Below are positions 1 through 9,471 of a stretch of 42,438 bases of DNA, piece after piece; positions within the stretch are counted from its first letter, which is position 1; every line of letters begins with the position of its first letter. The position numbers and the translations under genes are program-made. The DNA comes from Chlamydiia bacterium (lineage in GTDB: Bacteria > Chlamydiota > Chlamydiia > Chlamydiales > JBMOFD01), in contig JBMOFD010000006.1 of the NCBI GenBank assembly GCA_049314435.1, positions 1 to 42,438 on the forward strand, written 5' to 3'. Under the pieces are notes generated by a model. That model ran no database searches. It was not told the DNA's origin and saw only the letters and a list, made by a program, of their open reading frames with translations.

Positions 1-28
1 GAGCATGGGAGAGTAGGACGCTGCCGAG
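1..28 (+). rRNA. rrf: 5S rRNA, 3' end only (truncated by window edge)
   Basis: GAGCATGGGAGAGTAGGACGCTGCC matches the conserved 3' end of bacterial 5S rRNA (...TGGGAGAGTAGG.CG.TGCC). A strong intrinsic terminator follows immediately. Confidence 0.8.
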
Positions 29-41
29 TTTTTATTTACCT

Positions 42-75
42 AGGCCTGTCAAGCAACGCTTGACGGGCCTTTTTT
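42..75 (+). terminator. Rho-independent terminator of the rRNA operon
   Basis: AGGCCTGTCAAGC-aac-GCTTGACGGGCCT 13-bp stem (one G-U) followed by a T run. Confidence 0.85.
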
Positions 76-182
76 ATTCCCCCAAGACGCTATTTTTTTG
101 TTCCATTCCTCGTTGTGGGATGGCTGGAGGACACGTCCTCCAGTCGGGAATTGACCTGGAAGTATTTACCCAGGCCAATGCG

Positions 183-344
183 TTAGATTTTGCCCATCAG
201 GAAGAGGATGAGGATGACGATCAGGACTACAGTCAAGAGTCCTGAAGGTCCATAGCCCCAACTACTGCTGTAGCCCCATCTTGGGAGCGCTCCGACGAGC
301 AGCAAAATCAGTAACACAATTAAAATAATACCCAGAGCCGACAT
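183..344 (-). CDS. DUF3309-family small membrane protein (53 aa)
   Basis: MSALGIILIVLLILLLVGALPRWGYSSSWGYGPSG carries the typical LP.W.YS..WGYGPSG signature. AGGAG RBS precedes the ATG at 344. Confidence 0.85.
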   Translation of the reverse strand: MSALGIILIVLLILLLVGALPRWGYSSSWGYGPSGLLTVVLIVILILFLMGKI

Positions 345-410
345 CGACCTCTCCTTGCATAGGGGGGCATCAGGCCCCGATCCCATGTAAGTCAAACGTT
401 GACTAGGTAG

Positions 411-1253
411 TTATTGATTGTCAATGCGGGTGACTGGGTGCGGGGATGGCGAGGCCATCCGTCGCACGACCAGTCCATTCCCTCGTTGCCGAGCTATCTC
501 CATCTCCTGGTCCGATGTCACCTCAGCCCAGCGCAGCTCCCCGTAGTGAGAGGGCTTGCCCATTCGTTGCCGATAGTTAGCCAATAGATCGGGGATGGAG
601 CAGCCTCCTTTGGCCCAGTGGAAGGGATCGATGCGTGCCACGATGGCTTGCCATAGCGGGGCATGATGCGCCGCTTGGACCTCGGCTTGGAGTTGCTGCA
701 CAACGGCCCGATCGATCACCTGTACGTAGGGATGGGCGCTGCCGGGGATGATGCGGTGGAGCCCTGGGATAAGCCTGGTCAGGTGAGCGTAGAAGGGCAT
801 GTGGTAGCGCTGCTCGACATACTGCCAGGGCGACCCATCCTCATGGACCCAGGGCAGGGGCTGCAGGAGGATCACGGCCGGATCAATGGCTAGGTAGGGG
901 TCTGAGAGATCGGGGACAACCAGTCCGATGCAGAGCTTCAGGAGCTGCTGTTGGAGAGGCCAGGTGGTCAGAGCTGCTCGTCGTCGGTCGTGGTTGGTGA
1001 GGAAGGGCACCCACTGTGGTAGGTCAGTTCGGTGGAAAGGAAAGCGTGCTTCATCAACCCACACGGCTTGGTCGGTGAGGGGTTGAGGACTGATCACCAG
1101 GATGCGAGAGAGATCACGCATGTGGAGGTAAAGAGAGGTGATGCAGGAAGCCAGGGCAGGGCCCTGAGCTAGGTCACAAGGGATCACCACGTCAAGGCAG
1201 AGAAGAGAGCGACCTAGGAGCAGCCAACCTAGGTGTATGAGTCGTAGGCGCAT
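411..1253 (-). CDS. Hypothetical protein, degenerate GT-A/DUF6492-like, with N-terminal signal-like segment
   Basis: LDVVIP..., QQLLKL and YLAIDPAVILLQP resemble nucleotide-diphospho-sugar transferase-like proteins, but the DxD motif is degenerate. Start chosen at MRLRLIHL (ORF is open to 1367). Confidence 0.5.
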   Translation of the reverse strand: MRLRLIHLGWLLLGRSLLCLDVVIPCDLAQGPALASCITSLYLHMRDLSRILVISPQPLTDQAVWVDEARFPFHRTDLPQWVPFLTNHDRRRAALTTWPLQQQLLKLCIGLVVPDLSDPYLAIDPAVILLQPLPWVHEDGSPWQYVEQRYHMPFYAHLTRLIPGLHRIIPGSAHPYVQVIDRAVVQQLQAEVQAAHHAPLWQAIVARIDPFHWAKGGCSIPDLLANYRQRMGKPSHYGELRWAEVTSDQEMEIARQRGNGLVVRRMASPSPHPVTRIDNQ

Positions 1254-1407
1254 TGTCGATCCCGTGAGGTCACCGAGGGGGAAGCCGTGGGTAGGCTCGG
1301 ACTTCTCAGCGCATAGACGAACGGGTGGTTGTTGTGCAAGGTCTGTGGAGCGAGGCTCCCCAGACATAGGCTTTTAGCGACCTGGCTTGTTCTCTGGATG
1401 GAGAGGC

Positions 1408-2538
1408 TCAGAGCTTGCGGAGAAGCGGATTGGAGCTCTTCTGTTCGTTTGGCTCGTGGTACGCTGGGTTGAGAGTGCCGCTTTGTTCGGGTATCAGGAG
1501 ATCTTTGTGAATAGGATTGGTCGTCGTGGTTCCAGGATGCAGCTGGTGCAGTTCTAACTGACACGCACTAGCCCAGCTCTTTAGGGAGGCTGGAGTCAGC
1601 TCCACCTGCTTGTCGCGTGCCACAAGCTGATCTAAATCGGAACGCACCTTGTGTAGGAAGTGCAGAGCTCTCCGCCCACTCTTCGTTGAAGCTATTGTAG
1701 AGGGTTGGTCTTCCTGAAGGGCGTCCTTCAAAGCATGCAGCTCTCGCTTTGCGCTGTTCCAAGAGTCGATCTCCTGCCCAGCCATATGTTTCAGCGCCTG
1801 TTCATGCTCGACACCCTGCTGCTGCCATGATTCGAGCCGCGCCCTTCCTTGGTCTATCCGCTTTTCCTGCTTCTTCAGCTCGGAAGAGGAGGGTGAAGTA
1901 GGCGTCTTGCTCTGGCTCTTCTGCCAGTCCTTGGAAAATGGGTCGACGCGGGGTTGACGTGCCGTTCGTTCATAGCTGGCCGCCGCCGTGTCCCATGAGG
2001 CCAGCATCTCATCAGCTGCCTGCTGGACCTCTTGGCTCCTACTGATACGTTCGTCAGCCAATGCAAGAAGTGCATCGATGTTCTTAAGGATAGCGGGTAA
2101 GGGCTGACCTGGAGGCAGGGTGGATGCGGACGTCTCAATGAGCGAGGGTAGTGGGGACTCGGACGAAGAGGGGGAGGAGCGTCTATCTGGAGTTGCCCCC
2201 CGTTCCCGTCCACGGACAGGGTTCGTTACAAGGACGGAGGCTGCTGATGAGACCACAGAAGCTGAGGAGGCGGTAGGATTGTAAAAGGCAGAGCTGCTAC
2301 CGCTCGAACGGCTGCCCCTCGAGATGTTAGGCAGGTTCGCGTCTTCCTCAGGCAAGACCCAGACAGTGGCCCGTTTCTGAAGAGGGGGGTTTTCCTTTGC
2401 CGGGGAGAGCTCCTCACCCAAGGCTAGTATATGGTCTGCAGCAATGGAGGTAGCCTTGTCAGACTTGGCCTTTGGTGGTGTTCCAATGGGCAGCTGACCG
2501 CTGGAAGGCGTAGAAATGTTTTTCGACCCCTCAGTCAT
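1408..2538 (-). CDS. Orphan Ser/Pro-rich, coiled-coil protein (putative secreted effector)
   Basis: Long ORF with low-complexity Ser/Pro N-terminal half and helical/coiled-coil-like C-terminal half. No recognisable domain. Confidence 0.7.
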   Translation of the reverse strand: MTEGSKNISTPSSGQLPIGTPPKAKSDKATSIAADHILALGEELSPAKENPPLQKRATVWVLPEEDANLPNISRGSRSSGSSSAFYNPTASSASVVSSAASVLVTNPVRGRERGATPDRRSSPSSSESPLPSLIETSASTLPPGQPLPAILKNIDALLALADERISRSQEVQQAADEMLASWDTAAASYERTARQPRVDPFSKDWQKSQSKTPTSPSSSELKKQEKRIDQGRARLESWQQQGVEHEQALKHMAGQEIDSWNSAKRELHALKDALQEDQPSTIASTKSGRRALHFLHKVRSDLDQLVARDKQVELTPASLKSWASACQLELHQLHPGTTTTNPIHKDLLIPEQSGTLNPAYHEPNEQKSSNPLLRKL

Positions 2539-2701
2539 GAGAATCCCCACATTGGCTAAGAAGACCCCAGCCGCCAGACATTTGTTTACGCAGGGACTAT
2601 TTAAATAAAAATCATGACCACAGGTGTGTGCGTTAGTTGCCGGGGTGAGTTGTTATAAAAAATACATCAACACATAAGGGCCTCATGATAAGGAGAAACT
2701 T

Positions 2702-3538
2702 ATGTTTACAAAATCATTCCCAATCGGCGAGATCCTCCGATCCGCCTGGAGTTCATTCAAGCAGCGCTTCGGCTTCTGGTGTGGTGTGATGGCGATTTCC
2801 ATTGCGCTGACCCTCTTACCGTGGGTCATTGCGGGTCTACTGTCCCCTGAGCACATGGTGGTGATGAAGGAAGCGGCAACGGCTGCAGGAGCGGCTGCCA
2901 CTACGGCTGCGACGCAGGGTGGCAATACTACAATGGACATGTCTGGTCAGATGGCGGCGATGTCGGGTCAGATCACGATGGCCATGAATGGCGATCACGT
3001 GGAGATGGTCAAGCACTTCTCACCGCTTGGTGCGATGGTGGGCTTGGTCCTCATGTTTGTGATGGACACAGTCGTAGCTTTGGGCTGGACCAACACCACG
3101 GGGCGCAAAGCATACGATCAACCCCTGTCCTTTAAAGACTACTTCCGTCCGCTCAAGAGAGGGCGTGTGTTCTTCTCCTACTTAGTAGGGATGATTCTCT
3201 ATGCACTGATTGTGGCTGTAGGGACCTTACTGTTCATCTTCCCAGGCGTGATCTGGGGCCTGCGCTACTCGCAGTTTGGCTACTATATCGTGCGTCATGG
3301 GCTTGGACCTATCCACGCTTTGAAAGCCTCAGCGATTGCGACCATGGGAGCGAAGTGGGACCTGTTCGGGTTGACTTTGATCCTTCTGGTTTTTGTAGCG
3401 ATTGGCTTTGTGGCATTCTACGTTGGTATTCTCTTCGCTGCGATGCTCTCATGGGTCGTCAAAGGGTATGTCTTCCGTAAGCTGAACGATCAGACCACGC
3501 TGCCTCCAGAATTGGCACATAGCGTGATCGAATACTAA
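2702..3538 (+). CDS. Integral membrane protein, DUF975-like
   Basis: AGGAG RBS, several hydrophobic segments, motif LLFIFPGVIWGLRYSQ...ALKAS...G.KWDLFG. Confidence 0.8.
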   Translation: MFTKSFPIGEILRSAWSSFKQRFGFWCGVMAISIALTLLPWVIAGLLSPEHMVVMKEAATAAGAAATTAATQGGNTTMDMSGQMAAMSGQITMAMNGDHVEMVKHFSPLGAMVGLVLMFVMDTVVALGWTNTTGRKAYDQPLSFKDYFRPLKRGRVFFSYLVGMILYALIVAVGTLLFIFPGVIWGLRYSQFGYYIVRHGLGPIHALKASAIATMGAKWDLFGLTLILLVFVAIGFVAFYVGILFAAMLSWVVKGYVFRKLNDQTTLPPELAHSVIEY

Positions 3539-3610
3539 GACGAGTAGGAATGTAGACAGGGCGGCCATTGCTGCAAGCAGAGGCCCTCTCTTAATGTCGA
3601 CGTTCCTGTT

Positions 3611-3655
3611 GTGGGGCTCTTTCACGCTTTTGCGTGGGAGAGCCCCACCTTTTTA
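3611..3655 (+). terminator. Intrinsic terminator between the convergent membrane-protein genes
   Basis: GTGGGGCTCTTTCACGC-tttt-GCGTGGGAGAGCCCCAC long stem followed by CTTTTT. Confidence 0.75.
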
Positions 3656-4360
3656 CTTGGCCGCTACGGTCGATTCCCACTTAGCGCTTTGCTCCACACA
3701 CTGACGGAACAAGCTGCCCTGAGCCAGCATGACAAGCGGACCTATGACGAAGAACGCCAGCCCAAGCGAGAAGTAGCTAAGCAGCCCCAGCCAGGTCATC
3801 GTCCAGATAGCCCCGAATAGGTCCCATTTAAGGCCCTTGGTCAAACGCCAGGAGGCCGCCATGCTTTCACGCCCCTTCAGTGCAAAGCGATAGACGAAGA
3901 ATCCCGCAAACATCCAGCCGGTGGCTAGGATGATTCCAGGAATCAGCAAGGCCGCGATCCCGAGCAAAACGAGCAGCATCACTAAAATCTGTTGAACAGC
4001 CCAGCGTCGGAGGAAAAGTCCTCGGTACCCGCGCAAGAAGTCGCTCCATGTGATCGATCCCCCAAAGACAGCTTTAGTGGCTAAGCTCATCATGCCCGGG
4101 GTCATGGCTAGGAGGAGCCACCCCCCCCAATCTGTGGTGGCTCGAACAACCGGATGAAGGTTGGGAGAGGCCACAGTGTTCATCCAGGGCATACATTGGG
4201 CTTCAGGGCATAGAACTTGCAGAAGATTGGCTAGAGCAACCAACGAGGGGAACCCAATGGATACCGTGTAGATGAGCCCGATCACTCCCCAGATGGAAAA
4301 ATCCTTTTTATAGAGGCGCCAGCCCGTCCGTAAAGCTGTGCCTAAGGAAATAGTTTGCAT
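3653..4360 (-). CDS. Integral membrane protein, DUF975-like (paralogue of 2702..3538)
   Basis: GGAGG RBS before MQTISLG; motif ALLIPGIILATGWMF...SMAASWRLTKGLKWDLFG. Confidence 0.8.
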   Translation of the reverse strand: MQTISLGTALRTGWRLYKKDFSIWGVIGLIYTVSIGFPSLVALANLLQVLCPEAQCMPWMNTVASPNLHPVVRATTDWGGWLLLAMTPGMMSLATKAVFGGSITWSDFLRGYRGLFLRRWAVQQILVMLLVLLGIAALLIPGIILATGWMFAGFFVYRFALKGRESMAASWRLTKGLKWDLFGAIWTMTWLGLLSYFSLGLAFFVIGPLVMLAQGSLFRQCVEQSAKWESTVAAK

Positions 4361-4533
4361 GCGCAGGACCTCCCAAAAAAGATGCGCTGTCCTCGACAAA
4401 AGAGGAGCATCTGCGATGAGAGTATAGCTCACCACTGTTGACAGAAGCAGAAAAAAAAGTAGGAGTAGAGAGGAAGACGCTCAGAAAGGCGTCAACGGAA
4501 GATCAAAAACTAAATATACGAAATGGCGGAGGC

Positions 4534-4580
4534 AAAAGATCAACGCTCCTCTTGTGGAGGGGGAGGGGAGGAGCGTGATC
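4534..4580 (-). terminator. Probable terminator hairpin downstream of rpsT
   Basis: On the minus strand GATCACGCTCCTC...GAGGAGCGTTGATC is followed by TTTT. The loop is large. Confidence 0.45.
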
Positions 4581-4606
4581 CAAAGAAAAACCGCGCAAAA
4601 AGCAGG

Positions 4607-4900
4607 TTAGCTTGCTGTGGACTGTAGGAGTCGGGCTACGCCAGCTTTGAGGCGGGCAGCCTTGTTCACCTTGTACACCCCACGTTTGGTGCCCTTGTCA
4701 GCCAGGCTGTACACAAGAGCCACTTGCTCTTTGACTGCCGTGGCTTCTCCAGCCTTCACTGCATCATCGAGATGCCGAAGGGCGGAGCGCACCTGGGATT
4801 TAAAAACACGATTACGCAGATTTGCTTTTTCAGCCTGCAAGGCACGTTTTTGCGCTTGTGGGCGCCGTACCTTCTTAATATCTTGATCAGCTTGAGCCAT
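4607..4900 (-). CDS. rpsT: 30S ribosomal protein S20
   Basis: AQKRALQAEKANLRNRVFKSQVRSA...SLADKGTKRGVYKVNKAARLK is the S20 signature. Confidence 0.97.
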   Translation of the reverse strand: MAQADQDIKKVRRPQAQKRALQAEKANLRNRVFKSQVRSALRHLDDAVKAGEATAVKEQVALVYSLADKGTKRGVYKVNKAARLKAGVARLLQSTAS

Positions 4901-5030
4901 ATACTTGAACGCGGTGATTGCGGGTCCGATTCCTTTCGAATCCTTCCCAATTTCCTGCGAGTCCCAGTAATATAGTTCAGGGGTTGAGTTCTGCGCAATC
5001 GCCAGAGCAAAAAATGGGGAGGACTCCGTC

Positions 5031-5855
5031 GTGCTGTTCGATGCTTTGATGACCGAGTTTCCTGACAGCTCGAAGGCGACCCTGCGGCAGTGGCTCTCTA
5101 CGGGGCGAGTCCTCGTGCGTGGTCAGGTGGTAAGGGACCCTAAGGCCGCTATCGCTGAGGGAGAGCGCCCGACTTTGGGCCTCCGTAGTGTACGGGCCTC
5201 CCCAGGAGGAGGCGCCGTCACGATCCCTCTCCTCTATAGGGATGCGGCCCTCTTAATGATCAATAAGCCAGCCGGCCTGCTCAGCGTGGCGGCGGCCTAT
5301 GAACGGGAGCGCTCGGCCCATGCGATCCTCGAGCAGCAGCTGCGTACCACCGTCTACCCCGTCCATCGGCTGGACCGGGAGACTAGCGGAGTGCTTTGCT
5401 TTGCCCTTCAACTCGAAGCCCAACAGGTCTTGAAGCAGCGCTTTGCTGAGCACGCCCTGCAGCGTCAGTATGTCGCCGTCGTAGAGGGCCGCCTTGAGGA
5501 TCGTGAAGGAGAGTGGCGATCCTGGTTGAAGGAGGATGGCGTCAGCTATCAGGTCTCGGTAGCGAGCCCCCACGATCCTGATGCTCATGAAGCCGTCACC
5601 CTATATGAGGTGATGAAGGAGGGGAGACATCGGAGTCTCCTTCGGCTGACGCTGCACACCGGCAAGAAACATCAGATTCGGGTCCATTGCGCTCAAGCTG
5701 GAGTCCCTGTTGTAGGTGATGGTCGCTATGGCCATGCTGATCGACGATTAGCTCTTCATGCAGAATATCTTGGGATGGAGCATCCTCTCTCTGATCGTTG
5801 GATTGAGGGACGAGTTCCTAGCCCGCCGATGTTTCATGCGCTGCTACATGCCTAG
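5031..5855 (+). CDS. RluA-family pseudouridine synthase with N-terminal S4-like domain
   Basis: INKPAGLLS, VHRLDRETSG (catalytic Asp), TGKKHQIRVH, LALHA motifs. Confidence 0.95.
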   Translation: MLFDALMTEFPDSSKATLRQWLSTGRVLVRGQVVRDPKAAIAEGERPTLGLRSVRASPGGGAVTIPLLYRDAALLMINKPAGLLSVAAAYERERSAHAILEQQLRTTVYPVHRLDRETSGVLCFALQLEAQQVLKQRFAEHALQRQYVAVVEGRLEDREGEWRSWLKEDGVSYQVSVASPHDPDAHEAVTLYEVMKEGRHRSLLRLTLHTGKKHQIRVHCAQAGVPVVGDGRYGHADRRLALHAEYLGMEHPLSDRWIEGRVPSPPMFHALLHA

Positions 5856-5943
5856 CGAATGATGCGAGTGGTGATGGGAAACTAGGCCCAATCGAAAGTG
5901 AGCGGGCCTCAATAGTCCGATCTGTTCAGAGGGCTCGAAATCG

Positions 5944-5973
5944 TTGCGACTTTTCAATAACAATGATTAGAAT
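5944..5973 (+). promoter_or_regulatory. Putative sigma66/70 promoter for rpoD
   Basis: TTGCGA-N18-TAGAAT, about 230 nt upstream of the rpoD start. Confidence 0.45.
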
Positions 5974-6204
5974 GGCGGACGTGTTCGACAGTCCACGTGA
6001 CGGAGAAGCGCGCCGTTTCAGCAATCAACGACCTGATGCCTAGAATGCGTCGAGCGTTGTGCGCGCCATAGGTTGGTCGCCCGTCGAAAAGAACGTTCGG
6101 CAGTGCGGCATAGGGGCTTATTGGCCCCCAGAAGCTACTGCCAAAAGAAGTCATGGCCTTCCAAGCAGATTTGGAGGGTTTAGAACATACCAGGCTTAGG
6201 TGCA

Positions 6205-7872
6205 ATGGCCAAGTCCAATACCCCCTCTGTATTTACGCCGCAGCATCAGCAAAAGGTGGACGAACTCGTCGCCGTTGCGAAAGAGCAGGGCTATTTAACT
6301 TATGAGGAGATCAATGAGATCCTCCCCATGAGCTTCGATAGTCCTGAGCTGATCGATCAGGTGCTCATCTTCCTATCTGGGATGGATGTTCAGATCCTCA
6401 ACCAGAGTGAGGTCGAGAAGCAGAAGGAGCGCAAGAAAGAGGCCAAAGATCTCGAGCAGGTCGTCAAGCGCAGTGAGGGCTCGTCAGAAGACCCTGTGCG
6501 GATGTACCTGAAGGAGATGGGCTCGGTTCCTCTTCTGACACGCGAGGAAGAGGTCGAGATCTCCAAGAGGATCGAGAAGGCGCAGATGCAGATCGAACGG
6601 ATCATCATGCGCTTCCGGTTCAGTGCCAAAGAGGCCATTTCGATCGGCCAAGCTGTCGTTGCGGGGAAGGAGCGGTTCGACAAGATCGTCGCGGAGAAGG
6701 AGGTGCAGGACAAGCCTCAGTACCTCAAGCTTCTACCGAAGCTCTGTGTGGCATTGCGCAGTGAAGATGTCATCGTCGAAGGGCTGCTCCAAGAGATGCT
6801 TCATGCCGATCTCAAGAAGGCGGATCGGATTCGCCTCAACGAAGATATCGAGAAGTGCCGCATTCGCACGCAGGCCTATTTAAGGCGCTTTCACTGGCGT
6901 CACAACATCATCGAAGACTTTGGTGAGGTGATCCTCCGCTCCTACGATCGCATGTTGAATCTTGAGCGCGAGATGAACGAGCTGAAGCCTCGTGCTGAAA
7001 AGAACAAGTTTGCCGCTGCCAAGCTAGCCGCTGTGCATCGCAAGATCGCGAAGCGCGAGCTGGCAGCTGGACGCACGCTGGATGACTTCAAGAAAGAAGT
7101 CCGGATGCTGCAGCGTTGGATGGACAAGGCGCAGGAAGCAAAGCGCGAGATGGTGGAATCCAACTTGCGTCTCGTGATCTCGATTGCGAAGAAGTACACG
7201 AACCGGGGCCTCTCCTTCTTGGATCTGATCCAAGAGGGCAACATGGGCCTCATGAAGGCTGTGGAGAAGTTTGAGTACCGTCGTGGGTACAAGTTCTCTA
7301 CCTATGCGACTTGGTGGATCCGGCAGGCAGTCACACGGGCGATTGCCGACCAAGCTCGGACGATTCGTATCCCTGTGCACATGATCGAGACGATCAATAA
7401 GGTGCTGCGTGGAGCCAAGAAGCTGATGATGGAGACGGGCCGAGAGCCCACTCCAGAAGAGTTGGCTGGTGAGCTGGGAATGACACCTGAGCGGATCCGT
7501 GAGATCTACAAGATCGCGCAGCATCCGATCTCTCTCCAGGCCGAGGTAGGCGATGGAGGGGAGTCTCAGTTTGGGGACTTCCTTGAGGACACCAGCGCAG
7601 AATCCCCGGCTGAAGCCACTGGCTATAGCATCCTGAAGGACAAGCTCGGTGAAGTTCTTCTATCACTCACGGAACGGGAGCGTACCGTACTGATCCAGCG
7701 TTTTGGTCTTCTAGATGGAAAGCCTAAGACTCTGGAAGAGGTGGGTCTCGAGTTCAATGTGACGAGAGAGCGTATCCGCCAGATCGAGGCGAAGGCCTTG
7801 CGTAAAATGCGTCATCCTACCCGAGCCAAGCAGCTCAAAGCCTTCCTCGATCTCATGGAAATGGGCGAGTAG
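6205..7872 (+). CDS. rpoD: RNA polymerase major sigma factor (sigma66/RpoD)
   Basis: [53 protein letters not shown]; regions 1.1 to 4 present. Confidence 0.99.
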   Translation: MAKSNTPSVFTPQHQQKVDELVAVAKEQGYLTYEEINEILPMSFDSPELIDQVLIFLSGMDVQILNQSEVEKQKERKKEAKDLEQVVKRSEGSSEDPVRMYLKEMGSVPLLTREEEVEISKRIEKAQMQIERIIMRFRFSAKEAISIGQAVVAGKERFDKIVAEKEVQDKPQYLKLLPKLCVALRSEDVIVEGLLQEMLHADLKKADRIRLNEDIEKCRIRTQAYLRRFHWRHNIIEDFGEVILRSYDRMLNLEREMNELKPRAEKNKFAAAKLAAVHRKIAKRELAAGRTLDDFKKEVRMLQRWMDKAQEAKREMVESNLRLVISIAKKYTNRGLSFLDLIQEGNMGLMKAVEKFEYRRGYKFSTYATWWIRQAVTRAIADQARTIRIPVHMIETINKVLRGAKKLMMETGREPTPEELAGELGMTPERIREIYKIAQHPISLQAEVGDGGESQFGDFLEDTSAESPAEATGYSILKDKLGEVLLSLTERERTVLIQRFGLLDGKPKTLEEVGLEFNVTRERIRQIEAKALRKMRHPTRAKQLKAFLDLMEMGE

Positions 7873-7879
7873 AACATCG

Positions 7880-7908
7880 TCTAGGCGGCCGCAAAGAGGC
7901 CGTCTAGA
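7880..7908. terminator. Hairpin between convergent rpoD and tRNA-Ala
   Basis: TCTAGGCGGCC-gcaaaga-GGCCGTCTAGA stem-loop with weak U tails. Confidence 0.5.
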
Positions 7909-7938
7909 AAATTCGATGAGAGAGGGATTGACTGGGAT

Positions 7939-8011
7939 TGGAGCGTAGCGGGGTCGAACCGCTGACCTCCACAATGCCATTGTGGCGCTCTACCAATTGA
8001 GCTAACGCCCC
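7939..8011 (-). tRNA. tRNA-Ala (anticodon GGC), CCA not encoded
   Basis: GGGGCGTTAGCTCAATTGGTAGAGCGCCACAATGGCATTGTGGAGGTCAGCGGTTCGACCCCGCTACGCTCCA: 73-nt cloverleaf, G3:U70, GGTTCGA T-loop. Confidence 0.97.
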
Positions 8012-8024
8012 AGCGTATGAAAGA

Positions 8025-8054
8025 ATCATAGGGCTCTCTCGAAAATCTCATCAA
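8025..8054 (-). promoter_or_regulatory. Putative promoter of tRNA-Ala
   Basis: TTGATG-N18-TATGAT ending 14 nt upstream of the tRNA. Confidence 0.55.
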
Positions 8055-8131
8055 GGCAAAACTCTCCGAGTTCTCCAGGGCAGCCCATGGTCGCTTGCGC
8101 TTGACGCCTCCTTTCTTCACAATGACCAGCC

Positions 8132-9160
8132 ATGGAATGGACTCATCCTTTGACGCGGTTTCGGCCGCTCACAGTTGTTCTTGGTGCTTTGATCTGTGCG
8201 CTCTCTCTCCCTGGGGATTGGGTGCAGAAGATCCGAGGTGGTGCGGCCTGGTGCGCGGCGCCGCTTTGGGCGGCAGCGGCTTCATGGGGGCCGTCGATGT
8301 CTCGGGAAGAGTGGCTTGAAGAGAGAGTGCATGCTTTGGAGCTCGATCAACTCCAGCTGCAACATCGTCTTCAAGAGTTGGCCGAGGTCCCTGCAGCCGG
8401 TAGCATTGGCGTTCGTGTGCGAGTCCTTGCGCGAGAGGCAGGAGCTTGGCATCGGTTCTTGTGGATCGATGCAGGTCGCGAGACCTGCTCCAAAGAGCAG
8501 TTGCGGCTGAATAGTCCGGTGGTGCAGGGAGATGCCCTTGTTGGGGTGGTAGACTATGTGGGAAGGCGACAATCTCTGGTTCGCCTCATCACCGATCCCG
8601 GTTGTTGTCCGGCAATCGAGGTGGGAGAACATGGTCCTGAAACAACCTGGAAGGTCCTTCGAGTGCGTTTAGAGGAGCTGTTGAGTCATCGTGCTTCCAT
8701 TTCTCCGCATGCACGTCAGCAACTGCTACAGGCTCTCTCGGCATGCTCGCCTTCCGATCAGGCGGTGCCACGGATGCAGGGCACGATGCTGGGCATGCGA
8801 GAACGGGAAGGAGGAAGCCCTAGGCTCCGTGGGCAGCTCTTCCATGCGGAGTGGGTGGCTAAGATCACGTCAGGGGTGCCTCTTCAGTGGCCCGAGGCTG
8901 GACATCTGCTGTTGACATCTGGTTTAGATGGTATTTTCCCTTCAGGATTGCGAGTGGGATATCTTCTCTCTTTGAATGAGGAGCCCGCTGGTGAACCTAC
9001 ACGAGGGTTCGTAGCTGTCCCAGTCGTAGAAGACTTGGATGAGCTGCGCTGGCTGACCGTGCTGCCTCCGGGGCGATTTAGTCAGGATGATCGGCCGGGC
9101 CCTCCCTGGGTGCGGGCGTTAGAGGGAAGCCTAAGCAAAGACTCCTCTCAAGGTAGCTGA
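8132..9160 (+). CDS. mreC: Rod shape-determining protein MreC
   Basis: N-terminal TM and coiled coil; SPVVQGDALVGVVDYVGRRQSLVRLITD and LLTSGLDGIFPSGLRVG are MreC motifs. Confidence 0.88.
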   Translation: MEWTHPLTRFRPLTVVLGALICALSLPGDWVQKIRGGAAWCAAPLWAAAASWGPSMSREEWLEERVHALELDQLQLQHRLQELAEVPAAGSIGVRVRVLAREAGAWHRFLWIDAGRETCSKEQLRLNSPVVQGDALVGVVDYVGRRQSLVRLITDPGCCPAIEVGEHGPETTWKVLRVRLEELLSHRASISPHARQQLLQALSACSPSDQAVPRMQGTMLGMREREGGSPRLRGQLFHAEWVAKITSGVPLQWPEAGHLLLTSGLDGIFPSGLRVGYLLSLNEEPAGEPTRGFVAVPVVEDLDELRWLTVLPPGRFSQDDRPGPPWVRALEGSLSKDSSQGS

Positions 9161-9342
9161 CTCAGGAACGAGCGCGCTGGCACGACGTTGAGTTCGCCCG
9201 GAATGAGAGTGTTCATCGAGGTATAGGGGAGGTCGAAGACTACTTGCACGGCATACGTGGGGCGTAGCTGCTCGTAGAATTTGTGGAAGGACTCTCCGAT
9301 CGAGCGTTGTTGACTCTTCGCTTCGACCATCATCCAAGGTTC
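9134..9342. repeat. 209-bp perfect direct repeat, copy 1 (identical to 10579..10787)
   Basis: Base-by-base identity AGCAAAGACTCC...CCAAGGTTC with offset 1445. Confidence 0.97.
9148..9342 (-). pseudogene. Duplicated 3' fragment (EPWMMVEAK...LSQLP*) of the AAA/DUF4143 ATPase gene
   Basis: Encodes the identical last 64 aa of the 10593..11810 product. Confidence 0.85.
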
Positions 9343-9471
9343 GAATTGCCAGCTCAAGCGGCCATGACACCGGCTGCGGTTGTCCCAAGCGAACTGACCA
9401 CCGTCTGGTTCAAAGCCGCTTCTTGAACAGAGCTCCCAATTTCAGTTTTAGCGAGGCGGAGCAAGATAGGC

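Noticed and set aside
7939..8011. tRNA-Ala as an integration site
   Set aside because: No duplicate of its 3' end was noticed and there is no integrase in the window.
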